The notes under the pieces: model-generated
The model's input: only the letters and a program-made list of their open reading frames with translations
Database searches by the model: none
Told to the model about the DNA's origin: nothing
Shown here: in pieces, positions 42,322 to 53,389 of the stretch
Layout of the letters: every line of letters begins with the position of its first letter
Position numbering within the stretch: position 1 is the stretch's first letter
Position numbers and translations under genes: made by a program
NCBI GenBank assembly: GCA_963796965.1
Contig: CAWCNS010000007.1
Span: 608,001-672,000 of the forward strand
Source: Calditrichia bacterium
Lineage (GTDB): Bacteria; Calditrichota; Calditrichia; JAJRVZ01
Direction of reading: 5' to 3'
DNA: 64,000 bases

Positions 42322-44100
42322 TCACTTATCACCCGAAATCATCTTAATAAAATCATCCAGATCTTTATATTGCAGCCATAATCTTTGATTTACTGAACTC
42401 AAGACACCAAATTCACCTCTTGTTAGACTTCTATCCCTGAAAGTATTAAACAATTCTTCAATTGGTGCCTCACTAAATTCTTTTTTAAGTTTTTTGATCT
42501 CCTTTTCTATAGACATTTCCCCCTCTGCTTCGAGGATCCACTTCTCCCTCAAATTATATACAGGCTCAATTTTACGACCAATCTCATCCAATAAAAGTGT
42601 AAAGCGTAGATTCGCAATCCACCAGTAGAGGTTATTCTTATACTTTTGACCTGATACTGAACGGTGAGCAGATTCAAACTTTTTCAACAATGCAGCCAAT
42701 CTGGTTTGTAATTTGGGTGAAATTCTACCCCATTGAGGTTTGTAGGGAAAATATACCGGTGAGTTGGGTTCATTCAACCATTGCTCTTTATCCATATTGA
42801 CCAGATCAGCTCTCAATGCATTCGCGGCATTTGTGCCAAAGTTTTCTTCACAATATGTCTGGTAGATAGATTCAACGGAGGCCGAATCCTGTGGATCATT
42901 GGCGAACTTGGCAAAGGTCGAAAGATTTAACTCTGTCTCTTTTGTTCGCCAATGTATAGCCAGAACACCGTCCAGATTTTGTGAATGAGCCAATTTCACC
43001 TGATCTCTCATTAAGGTGACCCTGGGTTGCATATGCCACAATTTAGCATCCCCTTCAAGCCAGGGGATTCCCCAGACTTCCCTGTTTTTCGAGATATTTT
43101 CAAAAATATTAATCTGTGGATCCCAACCCTGATTTGGATTTAAACATGAAAAAATGATTTCCTTTGGCAAAGCCTGGTCCAACCCAGCCAATACGATCGG
43201 TAATTGATTACCTCCCCCCCAGCCACTTATTACAATTTTTACCTGCGGTGCTTTTTTGGAGATATATTTATGCGCTTGTTTTATAAACTCGAGAGCCCAG
43301 ACGCCGGTAAATATGGCATCCTCATTACCAGAATCAATAAAAAAATGTTTTTCGGAGTCATAGAGAGATTCGAATCGCCCTCGTAGCCTGACATTGCCAA
43401 TAAATCCCGTATGTTCATGTAGCCAGAGCCATATATAATCAATCTTAGGATAGGCTTTTATCAGGTCATCAATTGTCAGGCGAAGTATTTCGATGGAAGA
43501 TGGATGGGTAGGATCAGGCAAGAGGGTTCCGGAGATATTATATCCCCGTGGTGTAATCGACGCAAACTCTGGCGGATATACACCAAATTCAAAACCCATG
43601 GCAAACTTTATATTGCGTTCGTGTGCCATTTCCATTACGCGATGCATTAATGACTGGGCCTTTTCATACCTTTCTTGGTTATTCATGGCCCCTAGAGCGC
43701 ATTCGGCACCAAATATTTTTTTTTCTTTAAATAGATTGCCCGTATTAAAGGCATACTCCTCCAGCATCAAAGGACGATAACCCCATCGTGCCGTAATGCC
43801 CGTATCAAAACCCGCTTCAGGCAGGACATTCCTATACCGGATCTTGATCATCGGTTCCACGTAATTGACATATCGTTCTGCACCACCGGTATAACAATGG
43901 AATGCAATGAGATTAAGATCAAGTTCCTGCATGCGGTCTAAATACGCTTCGTAATCCTTTTCATTCCATGCAGTAGGACCAGAAAGAAAATTATGCCAGG
44001 GTAATGTACCTCTTATCTTGAATGCACTATCTTTCGACATAACCAAATTATTGAGTAAAAACAGGAGAATAAAAACAGACAACTTATATCTATAATTCAT
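42322..44100 (-). CDS. secreted hypothetical protein, probable glycoside-hydrolase-like TIM barrel
   Basis: Signal peptide; IRGTLPWHNFLSGPTAWN, IPWLEGD and GVLAIHWRT motifs; sits among CAZymes. Confidence 0.55.
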   Translation of the reverse strand: MNYRYKLSVFILLFLLNNLVMSKDSAFKIRGTLPWHNFLSGPTAWNEKDYEAYLDRMQELDLNLIAFHCYTGGAERYVNYVEPMIKIRYRNVLPEAGFDTGITARWGYRPLMLEEYAFNTGNLFKEKKIFGAECALGAMNNQERYEKAQSLMHRVMEMAHERNIKFAMGFEFGVYPPEFASITPRGYNISGTLLPDPTHPSSIEILRLTIDDLIKAYPKIDYIWLWLHEHTGFIGNVRLRGRFESLYDSEKHFFIDSGNEDAIFTGVWALEFIKQAHKYISKKAPQVKIVISGWGGGNQLPIVLAGLDQALPKEIIFSCLNPNQGWDPQINIFENISKNREVWGIPWLEGDAKLWHMQPRVTLMRDQVKLAHSQNLDGVLAIHWRTKETELNLSTFAKFANDPQDSASVESIYQTYCEENFGTNAANALRADLVNMDKEQWLNEPNSPVYFPYKPQWGRISPKLQTRLAALLKKFESAHRSVSGQKYKNNLYWWIANLRFTLLLDEIGRKIEPVYNLREKWILEAEGEMSIEKEIKKLKKEFSEAPIEELFNTFRDRSLTRGEFGVLSSVNQRLWLQYKDLDDFIKMISGDK

Positions 44101-44316
44101 CAATATATCCTCATATCCCACCTACAGTAATTTCTCACGCAAAGGCGCTAAGTCGCAGAGAAATATATAGTTACAAATCTTTCAGATGATTGAAATAATG
44201 TTAAATCAAGACTAATAGTATTTACATAAATCATTTAATAATAAGCCTTTGCGTCTCTGCCTGCCCGCCTCAGGCGTGGCGTCTTTGCGAGAAATGAACT
44301 ATCCCAGATAGTTTAT

Positions 44317-46098
44317 TTAATCTGACATCAGATTTATTAATTCATCCAAATAGACTTTATAAATTTCCCTGGGAGTAACATCAAACCTACAACATAATGA
44401 AGCAGCCATACCTACGACTTCCCCCATCATACCGGTCGTTCGCATGACCCTTGTTGCCCCGAAAGCCACATGGGTCGTACTGATATTTCTGCCAGCCATA
44501 AACAAATTCTGGATATTTCTGGAATAAAAACAACGATATGGTATGGGGTATGGTTTGATTTTTATATGCTTTGTTGCGCTGTAGAAGGCCTCTCCGGGAT
44601 AATATTTATCGTTTTTGTGATCCGGGAAATGTAAATCGATCGTCCAGGTGGCTGTGACACAGGCATCGGGATAGAGTGTATGGTTTACAATATCCTGCTC
44701 AGACAAAATGTGATCCCCAAGTAAACGCCTCGATTCCCTTTTACCAGATATAAAAGCAATCCAATCCAATTCCCAGTTTGCGTATTTTTCCTTTTTCTTA
44801 TTTTTCAGATAACTCCAGTTACCATATATGGCTCTCAGATTGTGGTCACGAATGAGCTTCCGCATCCTCAATGGTATTAAAATGCCCAAATCCCGTTTCC
44901 CACCGCCAATCGGCTTTATTCTGATCAAGATAATATTCTTCGGAAAATTGCAATGCCCATGGACATTCCGGGAATTCTGATTCCTCATTTTTTTCTGATG
45001 CATACCATAAATTTGAAGAACCGAGCGTAAAGTCATCCCTTTTTGAAGGGGCAAGTGATTCTCCGGTTTCGTCTTTTCCTTCCCTCCCCATTCTAAAATC
45101 AGCGCCGGCCAGAAATCCAATTGTACCATCGCCAGTACAATCGGCGAAATATTTTCCCCGGAAACGCAATTCTGTATTATCTTCTATGTGGCGGGCAACA
45201 ACCGATTTGATTCTATCACCTTCAACCTCAACCTTGTATGCATGCATATTTAAAAAGAGAGAAATGTTTTTTTCAGCCCTAACAATGGACAACTTCCTAT
45301 TGTCACCATAGGCACCAGGCAGCCGTGATGCGTTGCCAGGATCTCCATTATCGAGTTCTTTAACAATTCTTCCAAGTTTTGGATACGGTTTATTATAAAC
45401 TCCACCCATCAAATGCACCCTGACCTCTGAGACTGTTATTACCACCCAATTTGGGCCGGTTCTGGATAAGTGCGACCTTTATACCTGATCTTGAAGCTGA
45501 CAAAGCTGCACAAATTCCGGCCATGCCTCCACCGATAACAACCAAATCATATTTTCCAGCATCCGGCGCACTATCCGGTAAATTTAAACATTTCCGCCTC
45601 AATTTATTGAGCTGGGTTAACTCATCAGGAGGTTGGTAACTATCAGAATCTGTAAAAAGCAGGGCATCGACCCGGCCATCAAATCCAGTCAAATCTTTAA
45701 GCCTTACTTTATTTTCTCCTGCATGCATTTCAATCCTGCCGCCATTTATCCATTGCCAGGCAGATGAACCATTTGCGCCAAAATGTGATTCTGTTATCGA
45801 TACCATTCATTGAAATCTTAAATTTTCCCGGACCATTGGGATAAGGTGCCCAATCTTTGGTTCTCACCCAAAGATGATAGGTACCTGCCTTTGGAAATGA
45901 AACAGTCGTTGAAGCATCACGGACTGGTTTGCCCAGGCCGTGGGCTAATAGATAGGGAGAACCCACCGATTCAATAAACTGTTGATCAACGACCCACCCT
46001 CCCTTGTCTGCAAAACCCTCTGCTTCCACCAGGATGATTTGGTCACTGGCACATAAACAGGTAGTTAAAATCAACATGAATATTGATATAGCTTTCAC
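44317..46098 (-). CDS. secreted FAD-dependent oxidoreductase (FAD_oxidored), split by three frameshifts
   Basis: VEAEGFADKGGW, DLVVIGGGMAG, LGGNNS, FADCTGDG, GKRESRRLLGD and IPYRCFYSRNIQNLFMAGRNIS motifs over four overlapping ORFs; probable GTG start at 46098. Confidence 0.85.
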
Positions 46099-46324
46099 AA
46101 CACCCTCATATGTTTGGGAATTTTTCAGACATTTATAAGTGGTCGGCTTGCTACCAAATCCCATGTACTGGTTTTCAAATTAGAGAATAAAACAGTTCAG
46201 AACAGAACAAAAACAATTTAGAAAATTATTCGGTATTATGTGAACATTTTATTTCTTCTATATAAATAAAATCTGTGATTTTTTACAACGAATGTTCTTC
46301 CCCTCAACTTTAGGTAGAGGGGAT

Positions 46325-46866
46325 GTAGAGACGTCCCGGTGGGACGTCTCTCTTTTTAATGTATATATAAACCATTCACTAACCGATTTGAGTTCACCGA
46401 CGATCTCAAATATTTCGATCCCATTCATAATCTGGCGTATAATTCCTTATTATTGGTTTGTTAATTAGACTTCGCATAACACAATCGATCAGGAAACGTA
46501 CCGTTGTGACGTCTCTCTTTTTAATGTATATAAACCATTCAATAAACGATTTGAGTTCACCGACAATCCGAAATATTTCGATCCCAGTCATAATCTGGCG
46601 TATAATTTTTTATTATTGTTTTGTTTATTAAGACTTTGCTGAACACAATCGATCAGGAAACGTACCGTTGTGACGTCTCTCTTTTTAATGTATATGAACC
46701 ATTCAATAAACGATTTGAGTTCACCGACAATCCGAAATATTTCGATCCCAGTCATAATCTGGCGTATAATTTTTATTATTGTTTAGCTTATTTAGACTTC
46801 GTATAACACATTTGATCAGGAGACGTCCCCCGAGAACCGGGTTTTCAACCAACGGGACGTCTCTAC
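46325..46866. repeat. three tandem ~165-bp units punctuated by four REP-like hairpins, bounded by GTAG...CTAC
   Basis: GACGTCTC at 46343, 46508, 46672 and 46856; units near-identical; array begins GTAGAGACGTCCC and ends GGGACGTCTCTAC. Confidence 0.92.
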
Positions 46867-46969
46867 AATGCACTACACTATTTAAATTTTTTATAGAATT
46901 TCGATCAAAAATAATATGATTTTTCATCGCTGAATCGTAACTTTCATCGTATTTAAATACAGAGGAAAA

Positions 46970-48100
46970 TTGGATATGTTTAAAGTAGGGTTCGTATCAT
47001 TTATCCTTATGGCACTTATTTTTTCTTGTCAAACGGATACGATTGAACATATAACAGTCTTCCGCGAACCGGGTCGTTTTGGAGGTTGGCCGGCAAATTT
47101 TGGGATCTGGTCCTGGGAAAATGAAATTCTTGTTGGTTTCAGCCGTGGCTACCACAAGGATCTGGGTACCGAGCGTCATAATATCGACCGGGAAAAGCCT
47201 GAGGAACATCTTCTTGCCCGCAGTCTTGATGGTGGAGAAACCTGGACCATTGAAGACCCATCAGAAGAAGGGATTCTTATTGCCAGGGGTTCTGCCCTGC
47301 ATGGAATTGAGCCCAATTACCCTGCAAAAAAAGAGCCCATAAATCTAACTGAAAAGATCATATTCGATCATCCTGATTTTGCACTGACCATGCGGATGCT
47401 TGACATCAATCATGGCCCTTCCCTATTCCATATCTCTTATGATCGGGGCAAACACTGGCGTGGACCTTATAATTTACAAGTAGGAGATATCACAAAGATT
47501 GCTGCCAGAACGGATTATATTGTAAACGGACCTGATGATTGTTCCATATTTTTGACAGCAGCGAAAGAAAACGACCATGAAGGACGCCCCTTTTATGGCC
47601 GAACGACTGATGGCGGATTAACCTGGCAATTTATCTCCTGGATCGGACCTGAGCCCAGTGGATTTTCGATTATGCCGGCTACGGTTCGTCTATCAGACAA
47701 AGAATTGATTACCGCTCTACGATGCCGAGAGGCAGAGAAAAGATGGATAGAAACGTATTATTCTTCCGATAATGGATTAACCTGGACATTTTTAAATAAA
47801 CCGGTTGATGCTTTGGGTGAGGGTAATCCCCCGGCGCTTATTAAACTTCGTGATGGACGTCTCTGCCTTACCTATGGTTATCGTGCAGAGCCGTATAGCA
47901 TTCAGGCAAAACTCAGCAAGGATAATGGTAAAACATGGGGTGAACCGATTACATTGCGTGACGATGGCTCCGGCCGTGATATCGGGTATACGCGTTCTGT
48001 CCAGCGAACGGATGGCAAGGTTGTAACATTGTATTATTTTCAGGATCATCAGGCCCCTGAGCGTTATATCGCGGCCACTATCTGGGATCCTGGTAAATGA
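46970..48100 (+). CDS. BNR/sialidase-like lipoprotein
   Basis: GWPANFG, five Asp-boxes (SLDGGETW, SYDRGKHW, TTDGGLTW, SSDNGLTW, SKDNGKTW), GNPPAL and DIGY motifs. Confidence 0.85.
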   Translation: MDMFKVGFVSFILMALIFSCQTDTIEHITVFREPGRFGGWPANFGIWSWENEILVGFSRGYHKDLGTERHNIDREKPEEHLLARSLDGGETWTIEDPSEEGILIARGSALHGIEPNYPAKKEPINLTEKIIFDHPDFALTMRMLDINHGPSLFHISYDRGKHWRGPYNLQVGDITKIAARTDYIVNGPDDCSIFLTAAKENDHEGRPFYGRTTDGGLTWQFISWIGPEPSGFSIMPATVRLSDKELITALRCREAEKRWIETYYSSDNGLTWTFLNKPVDALGEGNPPALIKLRDGRLCLTYGYRAEPYSIQAKLSKDNGKTWGEPITLRDDGSGRDIGYTRSVQRTDGKVVTLYYFQDHQAPERYIAATIWDPGK

Positions 48101-48224
48101 GGAATTGTTTTTTCTCGCAGAGACGCAAAGACGCAGAGAAAAGATTTATTATATTTTTTCCTTTGCGGCTCTGCGGCTCTGCGAGAGGATACAACAGCAT
48201 TAAACACAGAAAAGGATTTAATCA

Positions 48225-49883
48225 ATGATCGTCTTTTTAAGAGTTGTACTTTCGTTAATCTTAATTTTACCAATAATTTTGCATGCCCAGTTGCCTGCTT
48301 TCCCAGGGGCACAGGGATTTGGCGCTTATGCTATAGGTGGGAGAGGTGGGGATGTTTACCATGTAACCAATCTTGATGATGACGGACCCGGATCCTTACG
48401 CTATGGTATCGAAACGACTAATGGCCCGCGGACCATTGTATTCGACATATCAGGCAATATAGAATTATTATCTGATCTAAGAATTAAGCACCCCTATATC
48501 ACCTTGGCTGGACAAACAGCACCGGATCCTGGCGTGCTAATACAAAACTATGGGCTAATTGTCAGTGACGATCATATAATTATTCGTCATATGAGATTTC
48601 GGCCCGGTGATAAGTATATCGGACCACATGATGAAGGGGGATTTACTGAAGATGCCCTCACCCTGGGTGGTAATCATATCATTGCCGACCACGTGTCTGC
48701 TTCCTGGTCGGTTGATGAAGATCTGAGTTGTGGCACAGCATGGGATAGCGTCACAATTCAATACTGCCTGATTGCCGAGGCCCTGCATAAAACGGAATAT
48801 TTTCACGGTGAATATGTACCGGATCACAGTGGCCATAGCATGGGCAGTTTGATAAAAGTACGCGGATCAGATGCAAAGGCATCCCTTCACCATAATTTAT
48901 GGGCCCATAATAACAATCGAAATCCTGCCGTTGGCTCCTACGATACGACAGAATATGTAAGGGTCGATGTACGCAGTAATGTGATGTATAATTGTGGCAC
49001 TTTTGGTTACAGCAGTGGCGGTAGTAAGCAAGTGGATATGAACTACATCGGCAATTATATCATTGCAGGAAAAAGCACCTCCTCGAGCAACCGTACCCGG
49101 GCATTTAAAGCTTATGATCCCAATAACATGCAGATATACCAGGCGCAAAATAAAATTGATTCCAATCTTGATGCCGTTAGGGACGGGAGCGATACGGGTT
49201 GGAATATGTTTGTCGGAGACTACACCCAAAGTGGTCAGGAATTCCATATGTCTGAGGTAGAAACCCATTCAGCTGATGAGAGTTATGGCATTGTTCTCTC
49301 CAGATCAGGAGCCTATCCCTGGAGCAGGGATTCAGTGGACATTCGAATACTTGCTGATGTACAAAATAATACCGGTAGTATTATTGATTCCCAGGAAGAA
49401 GTAGGAAGTTATCAAATACTTGAAAAACATACTCGTGCAGCCGATTGGGATACAGATCACGATGGTATGCCTGATTGGTGGGAAGATGAGCAAGGTTTAG
49501 ATAAAACCAATCCCTCCGACCGGAATGATGATAAAAACCTGGATGGCTACACGAATCTTGAGACCTATCTCAATCATTTTGATTTATTGACAAATATGGA
49601 AACCGGCCAGATTCCCAGATCATATCAGCTAAAACTTGACAGTTATCCAAATCCCTTTAACAATAACACCAGTATTACCTATACCCTGCCAAAGAATTCG
49701 CATGTACGGCTTTCCATTTATAGTATAGCCGGTCAAAAGATATATGAGCTTGTCGACGAGAATAAATTAGCGGGAAAATACGATATTTCTTTTTCGGGAG
49801 ATGATCTGGCCAGTGGAATGTATTTTTTAAGTCTGGCGGCCAATGATCAGCTTATTACAAAAAAGATATCATTGATAAAATAG
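48225..49883 (+). CDS. pectate lyase (PL1-like) with C-terminal secretion sorting domain
   Basis: AFPGAQGFG...GGRGGDVYHVTNLDDDGPGSLR, DHVSASWSVDE, RNP, DTDHDGMPDWWE and YPNPFN...LASGMYF motifs. Confidence 0.92.
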   Translation: MIVFLRVVLSLILILPIILHAQLPAFPGAQGFGAYAIGGRGGDVYHVTNLDDDGPGSLRYGIETTNGPRTIVFDISGNIELLSDLRIKHPYITLAGQTAPDPGVLIQNYGLIVSDDHIIIRHMRFRPGDKYIGPHDEGGFTEDALTLGGNHIIADHVSASWSVDEDLSCGTAWDSVTIQYCLIAEALHKTEYFHGEYVPDHSGHSMGSLIKVRGSDAKASLHHNLWAHNNNRNPAVGSYDTTEYVRVDVRSNVMYNCGTFGYSSGGSKQVDMNYIGNYIIAGKSTSSSNRTRAFKAYDPNNMQIYQAQNKIDSNLDAVRDGSDTGWNMFVGDYTQSGQEFHMSEVETHSADESYGIVLSRSGAYPWSRDSVDIRILADVQNNTGSIIDSQEEVGSYQILEKHTRAADWDTDHDGMPDWWEDEQGLDKTNPSDRNDDKNLDGYTNLETYLNHFDLLTNMETGQIPRSYQLKLDSYPNPFNNNTSITYTLPKNSHVRLSIYSIAGQKIYELVDENKLAGKYDISFSGDDLASGMYFLSLAANDQLITKKISLIK

Positions 49884-49913
49884 TATCAAATGATACCAAC
49901 ACAATAAAGATTT

Positions 49914-50075
49914 GACAGGATTATCCCCAAGGGATCCCTTTGGGGACAGGATCAACAGGATATACTAAAAATTATTAAAAAGATTTTAATAATGATTTTA
50001 AGAAGTTATAATTATTGGAGTTATCGATAGGATTAATCCTGTAAATCCTGCCTGTCCCTTCGGGGTCATCATGTC
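49914..50075. repeat. palindromic repeat (GACAGGAT...ATCCTGT) with hairpin inserts in both arms
   Basis: ACAGGAT repeats on the left and ATCCTG repeats on the right; inserts at 49924-49950 and 50050-50065. Confidence 0.75.
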
Positions 50076-50250
50076 TAAAATAAAAATGTTTTGGGATCAT
50101 ATGATACTAACTATAGATAAACAAGAAGTAATTGGGTATTTGGAATTAGGAAACTTGAGAGATGAAGTATATTATTCAAAGGACCCAAAATCCACAATCC
50201 AAAATTGATTATTGAATATTGAATATTGAATATTTTCTAAAGGTAAAATA

Positions 50251-51540
50251 ATGTCAGGATTAGATACTTCCCTGTCCAAGTTAAAAAGTGAGGTTCTACA
50301 CTATACCAGGGAAATTCCTGTTAGATATGACGCTGACATCGCCGTGATGGGTGGAGGGATTGCCGGTGTATCTGCTGCCTGTGCAGCGGCTAAAAGTGGT
50401 GCAAGCGTTATTCTTGTGGAACGGTTTGCTGTTACCGGAGGGATGTTAACCACGGGTGGTGTTGCCAATTTCTGTGGACAAATGCATGGTCAGGGTGAAG
50501 TTTTTGATGCCATTCTTTCTGATCTACGAGCCTTTCAAGCCCTGGGTGCACCTGAAAGAGATTCTGTTTTTCACTATGAAATTCTTGCTGTCGTTCTTCA
50601 GGAAATGATTCTAAAACGAAAAATTAAACTGTTGTTACATACACGGTTGGTTGATGCCAGGATAGAAAAAGGCACTATATCGGAATGTATTATTTCTGGC
50701 AAATCCGGACTTGAGGCGATACGAGCCAAACAGTTTATTGATTGTACGGGGGATGGGGATCTTGCACGCATGCTTGGTTTTAGCGTTATGAAGGGAAGAC
50801 CTGATGATCATATGCAATTACCCATGTCGTTGATGTATTTTATTCGTCATATTGATCCAAAAAATTCGAAGATCCAATTACCGGACGGATGGTTTCAACC
50901 AATAAAAACAAATGAGGATCTGCCGATGACCACCCTCTGGCCAGATGGTCCTGGCTCAAATGCCGTTAAAATAAAAGTCCCTATGTTTGATTCAACCAAC
51001 ACCGAAAGTTTGACGGCAGCAGAGATCCAGGCCCGCAGACGTATGATGGAAGTTCTTGACTATTACCAAAGGGTGGAAAATAAAAACTGGCTATTGGATC
51101 ATTGCTCACCGATCATTGGGATTCGTGAGGGTTGTCGTATTGTTGGTGATTATGTGTTGACAGTTGAAGATCTCAGGGCCGGACGTTCGTTTGATGATGG
51201 GGTTGCCCGGGGTACCTTTTATCTGGATGGGCATAAACCCGATGATGATAAACGCACCTATATCCTGCCAAAAGATCAGCTGGAAGTGCCTCCTTATCAG
51301 ATTCCTCTTCGCTCTCTGATCGCCAGGGATGGGAAGAATTTGATGATGGCAGGCCGTTGTTTTTCAGCAGACCAACTGGCACTGTCGTCTGCCAGGGTGA
51401 GTACCACAGGATCAATGATGGGCCAGGCTGCTGGTATTACGGCAGCTCTTTCTATTCAGAAAAAATGTGATATAAGGGATGTCCTTCCTCACGATGTACA
51501 GGATATATTAAGAAAAAGAGGTGCGGTTCTGGAGGTTTGA
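50251..51540 (+). CDS. FAD-dependent oxidoreductase (FAD_oxidored family)
   Basis: DIAVMGGGIAG, GGMLT, FIDCTGDGD, GIREGCRIVG and YQIPLRSL...NLMMAGRCFS motifs. Confidence 0.9.
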   Translation: MSGLDTSLSKLKSEVLHYTREIPVRYDADIAVMGGGIAGVSAACAAAKSGASVILVERFAVTGGMLTTGGVANFCGQMHGQGEVFDAILSDLRAFQALGAPERDSVFHYEILAVVLQEMILKRKIKLLLHTRLVDARIEKGTISECIISGKSGLEAIRAKQFIDCTGDGDLARMLGFSVMKGRPDDHMQLPMSLMYFIRHIDPKNSKIQLPDGWFQPIKTNEDLPMTTLWPDGPGSNAVKIKVPMFDSTNTESLTAAEIQARRRMMEVLDYYQRVENKNWLLDHCSPIIGIREGCRIVGDYVLTVEDLRAGRSFDDGVARGTFYLDGHKPDDDKRTYILPKDQLEVPPYQIPLRSLIARDGKNLMMAGRCFSADQLALSSARVSTTGSMMGQAAGITAALSIQKKCDIRDVLPHDVQDILRKRGAVLEV

Positions 51541-51677
51541 GATCTAAATAGATAAAAATTTTGCATGAAAAAATGAAAAAAGGCGTAATAATACGAAACT
51601 ACAGAGAGCACATCGAACCACTCTGTGTAATCTGTGGTTATTTTTGACTCTACTATTGAATTTCCAAGGAGGATTTT

Positions 51678-52817
51678 ATGATCAAGCTGGTTTTCTTTAT
51701 TTTTTACCTGTTTTCATCCCTATTATATTCGGGTAATGCCATAGATCAAAAACCAATCTGGATAAGTGGTGAGAATGGTTATAGTATTTATAGAATACCC
51801 GCCTTAATTGTATCTACTAAGGGAACTGTCATCGCTTTTTGTGAAGGACGTAGAGACGGTAAGGGAGATAATGGCAATATTGATATGCTCGTTAAGAGAT
51901 CTACCGATAACGGAAGGACCTGGAGTGAACAGCAAATAATTTGGGATGATGGGTCGAACACCTGTGGAAATCCTTGTCCTGTTTTGGACCGAGAAACAGG
52001 AACCATCTGGCTCTTGATGACATGGAATCGTGGGGACGATAGTGAACCAGAAATTATTGGAAAGAAAAGCAAAGATACCCGCCGCGTCTTTGTTACTTCA
52101 TCTGGTGATGATGGTAAGAATTGGACAGAGCCTAAAGAAATTACGTCGACCACAAAACTTGATTCCTGGACCTGGTATGCAACCGGCCCAGGAGCCGGTA
52201 TCCAGATCGAGAGAGGAAATTATGCAGGGCGCCTCGTTATACCCTGCGATCATATTGAAGCAGATACCAAAGATTATTACTCGCATACCATTTTCAGTGA
52301 TGATGGTGGAAAATCATGGACATTAGGGGGTTCTACACCCAGCCCTAAGGTAAATGAATGCCAGGTTGTTGAGTTGTCTGAAGAACGACTCATGCTCAAT
52401 ATGCGCAATTATGACCGCTCAATTAAACAGAGGCAGATTGCCATAAGCGACGATGGCGGAGAGTCATGGCAAGAACAAACATTTGCGCATGAACTTATAG
52501 AACCCAGGTGCCAGGCTAGCTTAAGACGTTTTTCCTGGCCACTCGAAAAACAGAAGAGCATCATCTTATTCTCTAACCCAGCAGATGAAGATGAAAGAAT
52601 TAACATGAAAGTCCGGGCAAGTTATGACGAAGGTGCTTCCTGGCCAGTTAGTAAAATATTAGCGGAGGGACCCAGTGCTTATTCAGATTTGGCAATAATG
52701 GCTGACAGATCCATCGGCTGTCTATATGAAACAGGCGAAAAAAATCCATATGAAACCATCACCTTCGCCCGTTTTGGTTTCGATTGGCTGGAACAAGAAC
52801 CTTTGAAACAAGATTAG
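51678..52817 (+). CDS. exo-alpha-sialidase (GH33)
   Basis: YRIP motif, Asp-boxes (STDNGRTW, SGDDGKNW, SDDGGKSW, SDDGGESW, SYDEGASW), NECQ and AYS. Confidence 0.92.
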   Translation: MIKLVFFIFYLFSSLLYSGNAIDQKPIWISGENGYSIYRIPALIVSTKGTVIAFCEGRRDGKGDNGNIDMLVKRSTDNGRTWSEQQIIWDDGSNTCGNPCPVLDRETGTIWLLMTWNRGDDSEPEIIGKKSKDTRRVFVTSSGDDGKNWTEPKEITSTTKLDSWTWYATGPGAGIQIERGNYAGRLVIPCDHIEADTKDYYSHTIFSDDGGKSWTLGGSTPSPKVNECQVVELSEERLMLNMRNYDRSIKQRQIAISDDGGESWQEQTFAHELIEPRCQASLRRFSWPLEKQKSIILFSNPADEDERINMKVRASYDEGASWPVSKILAEGPSAYSDLAIMADRSIGCLYETGEKNPYETITFARFGFDWLEQEPLKQD

Positions 52818-52917
52818 AACATTTGATCCATTATTAATAATTGAATTGAGGTAAATTTTTACAGAATAATTTGTTCATTGATTATTGACTGTTGAATATT
52901 GAATATTGGAGAAAATT

Positions 52918-53217
52918 ATGGGAACAAAAAAAACAGCATTAATTCTGATTTCCTTACTTCTGCTCATTGTATTATCGGGCTGCGCGCCAGGGAGTGGTGC
53001 AAGTACCGAAAATGATCCGGCCGGATTTTTCTTTGGTATCTGGCATGGCTGGATTGCCCCGATTACCCTGATCTGGAGCCTGTTCAATCCAGAGATACGG
53101 ATCTATGAGCCGCTAAATACCGGATGGTGGTACGATTTTGGGTTTTATATGGCAGTTATTGGTGGCTTTGGTGGCCTTTCTCTGATTCGCAAAACAACAA
53201 AAGAAAAGAAACTGTGA
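52918..53217 (+). CDS. small conserved membrane lipoprotein
   Basis: Lipobox LSGC; PAGFFFGIWHGWIAP...IYE..NTGWWYDFGF. Confidence 0.8.
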   Translation: MGTKKTALILISLLLLIVLSGCAPGSGASTENDPAGFFFGIWHGWIAPITLIWSLFNPEIRIYEPLNTGWWYDFGFYMAVIGGFGGLSLIRKTTKEKKL

Positions 53218-53389
53218 GCTTTTTCAAAATGGTATCCACGAATTTCTCGAATTAAAAAATTAATTACACGAATTTTATCAAGAAATTTATAGGTTTGAAA
53301 ACCTTGTTGGACATCCTTATAAGAATTCGTGAAATTAGTATAAATTTGTGTAATTCGTGGAGCAATTCACTTTTAAAATAGAGGATATC

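Noticed and set aside
44317..46098. Programmed ribosomal frameshifting in the split genes
   Set aside because: Several shifts occur per gene with no consistent slippery motif; sequencing error is the simpler explanation.
46100..46180. Possible riboswitch upstream of the FAD oxidoreductase
   Set aside because: Some pairing potential, but no recognisable aptamer consensus; an Infernal/Rfam scan would be needed.
46325..46927. 165-bp array as CRISPR, a type III antitoxin RNA, or the three small ORFs listed there
   Set aside because: The spacers are near-identical rather than unique, the units are much longer than type III repeats with no adjacent toxin gene, and indels between units break the reading frames.
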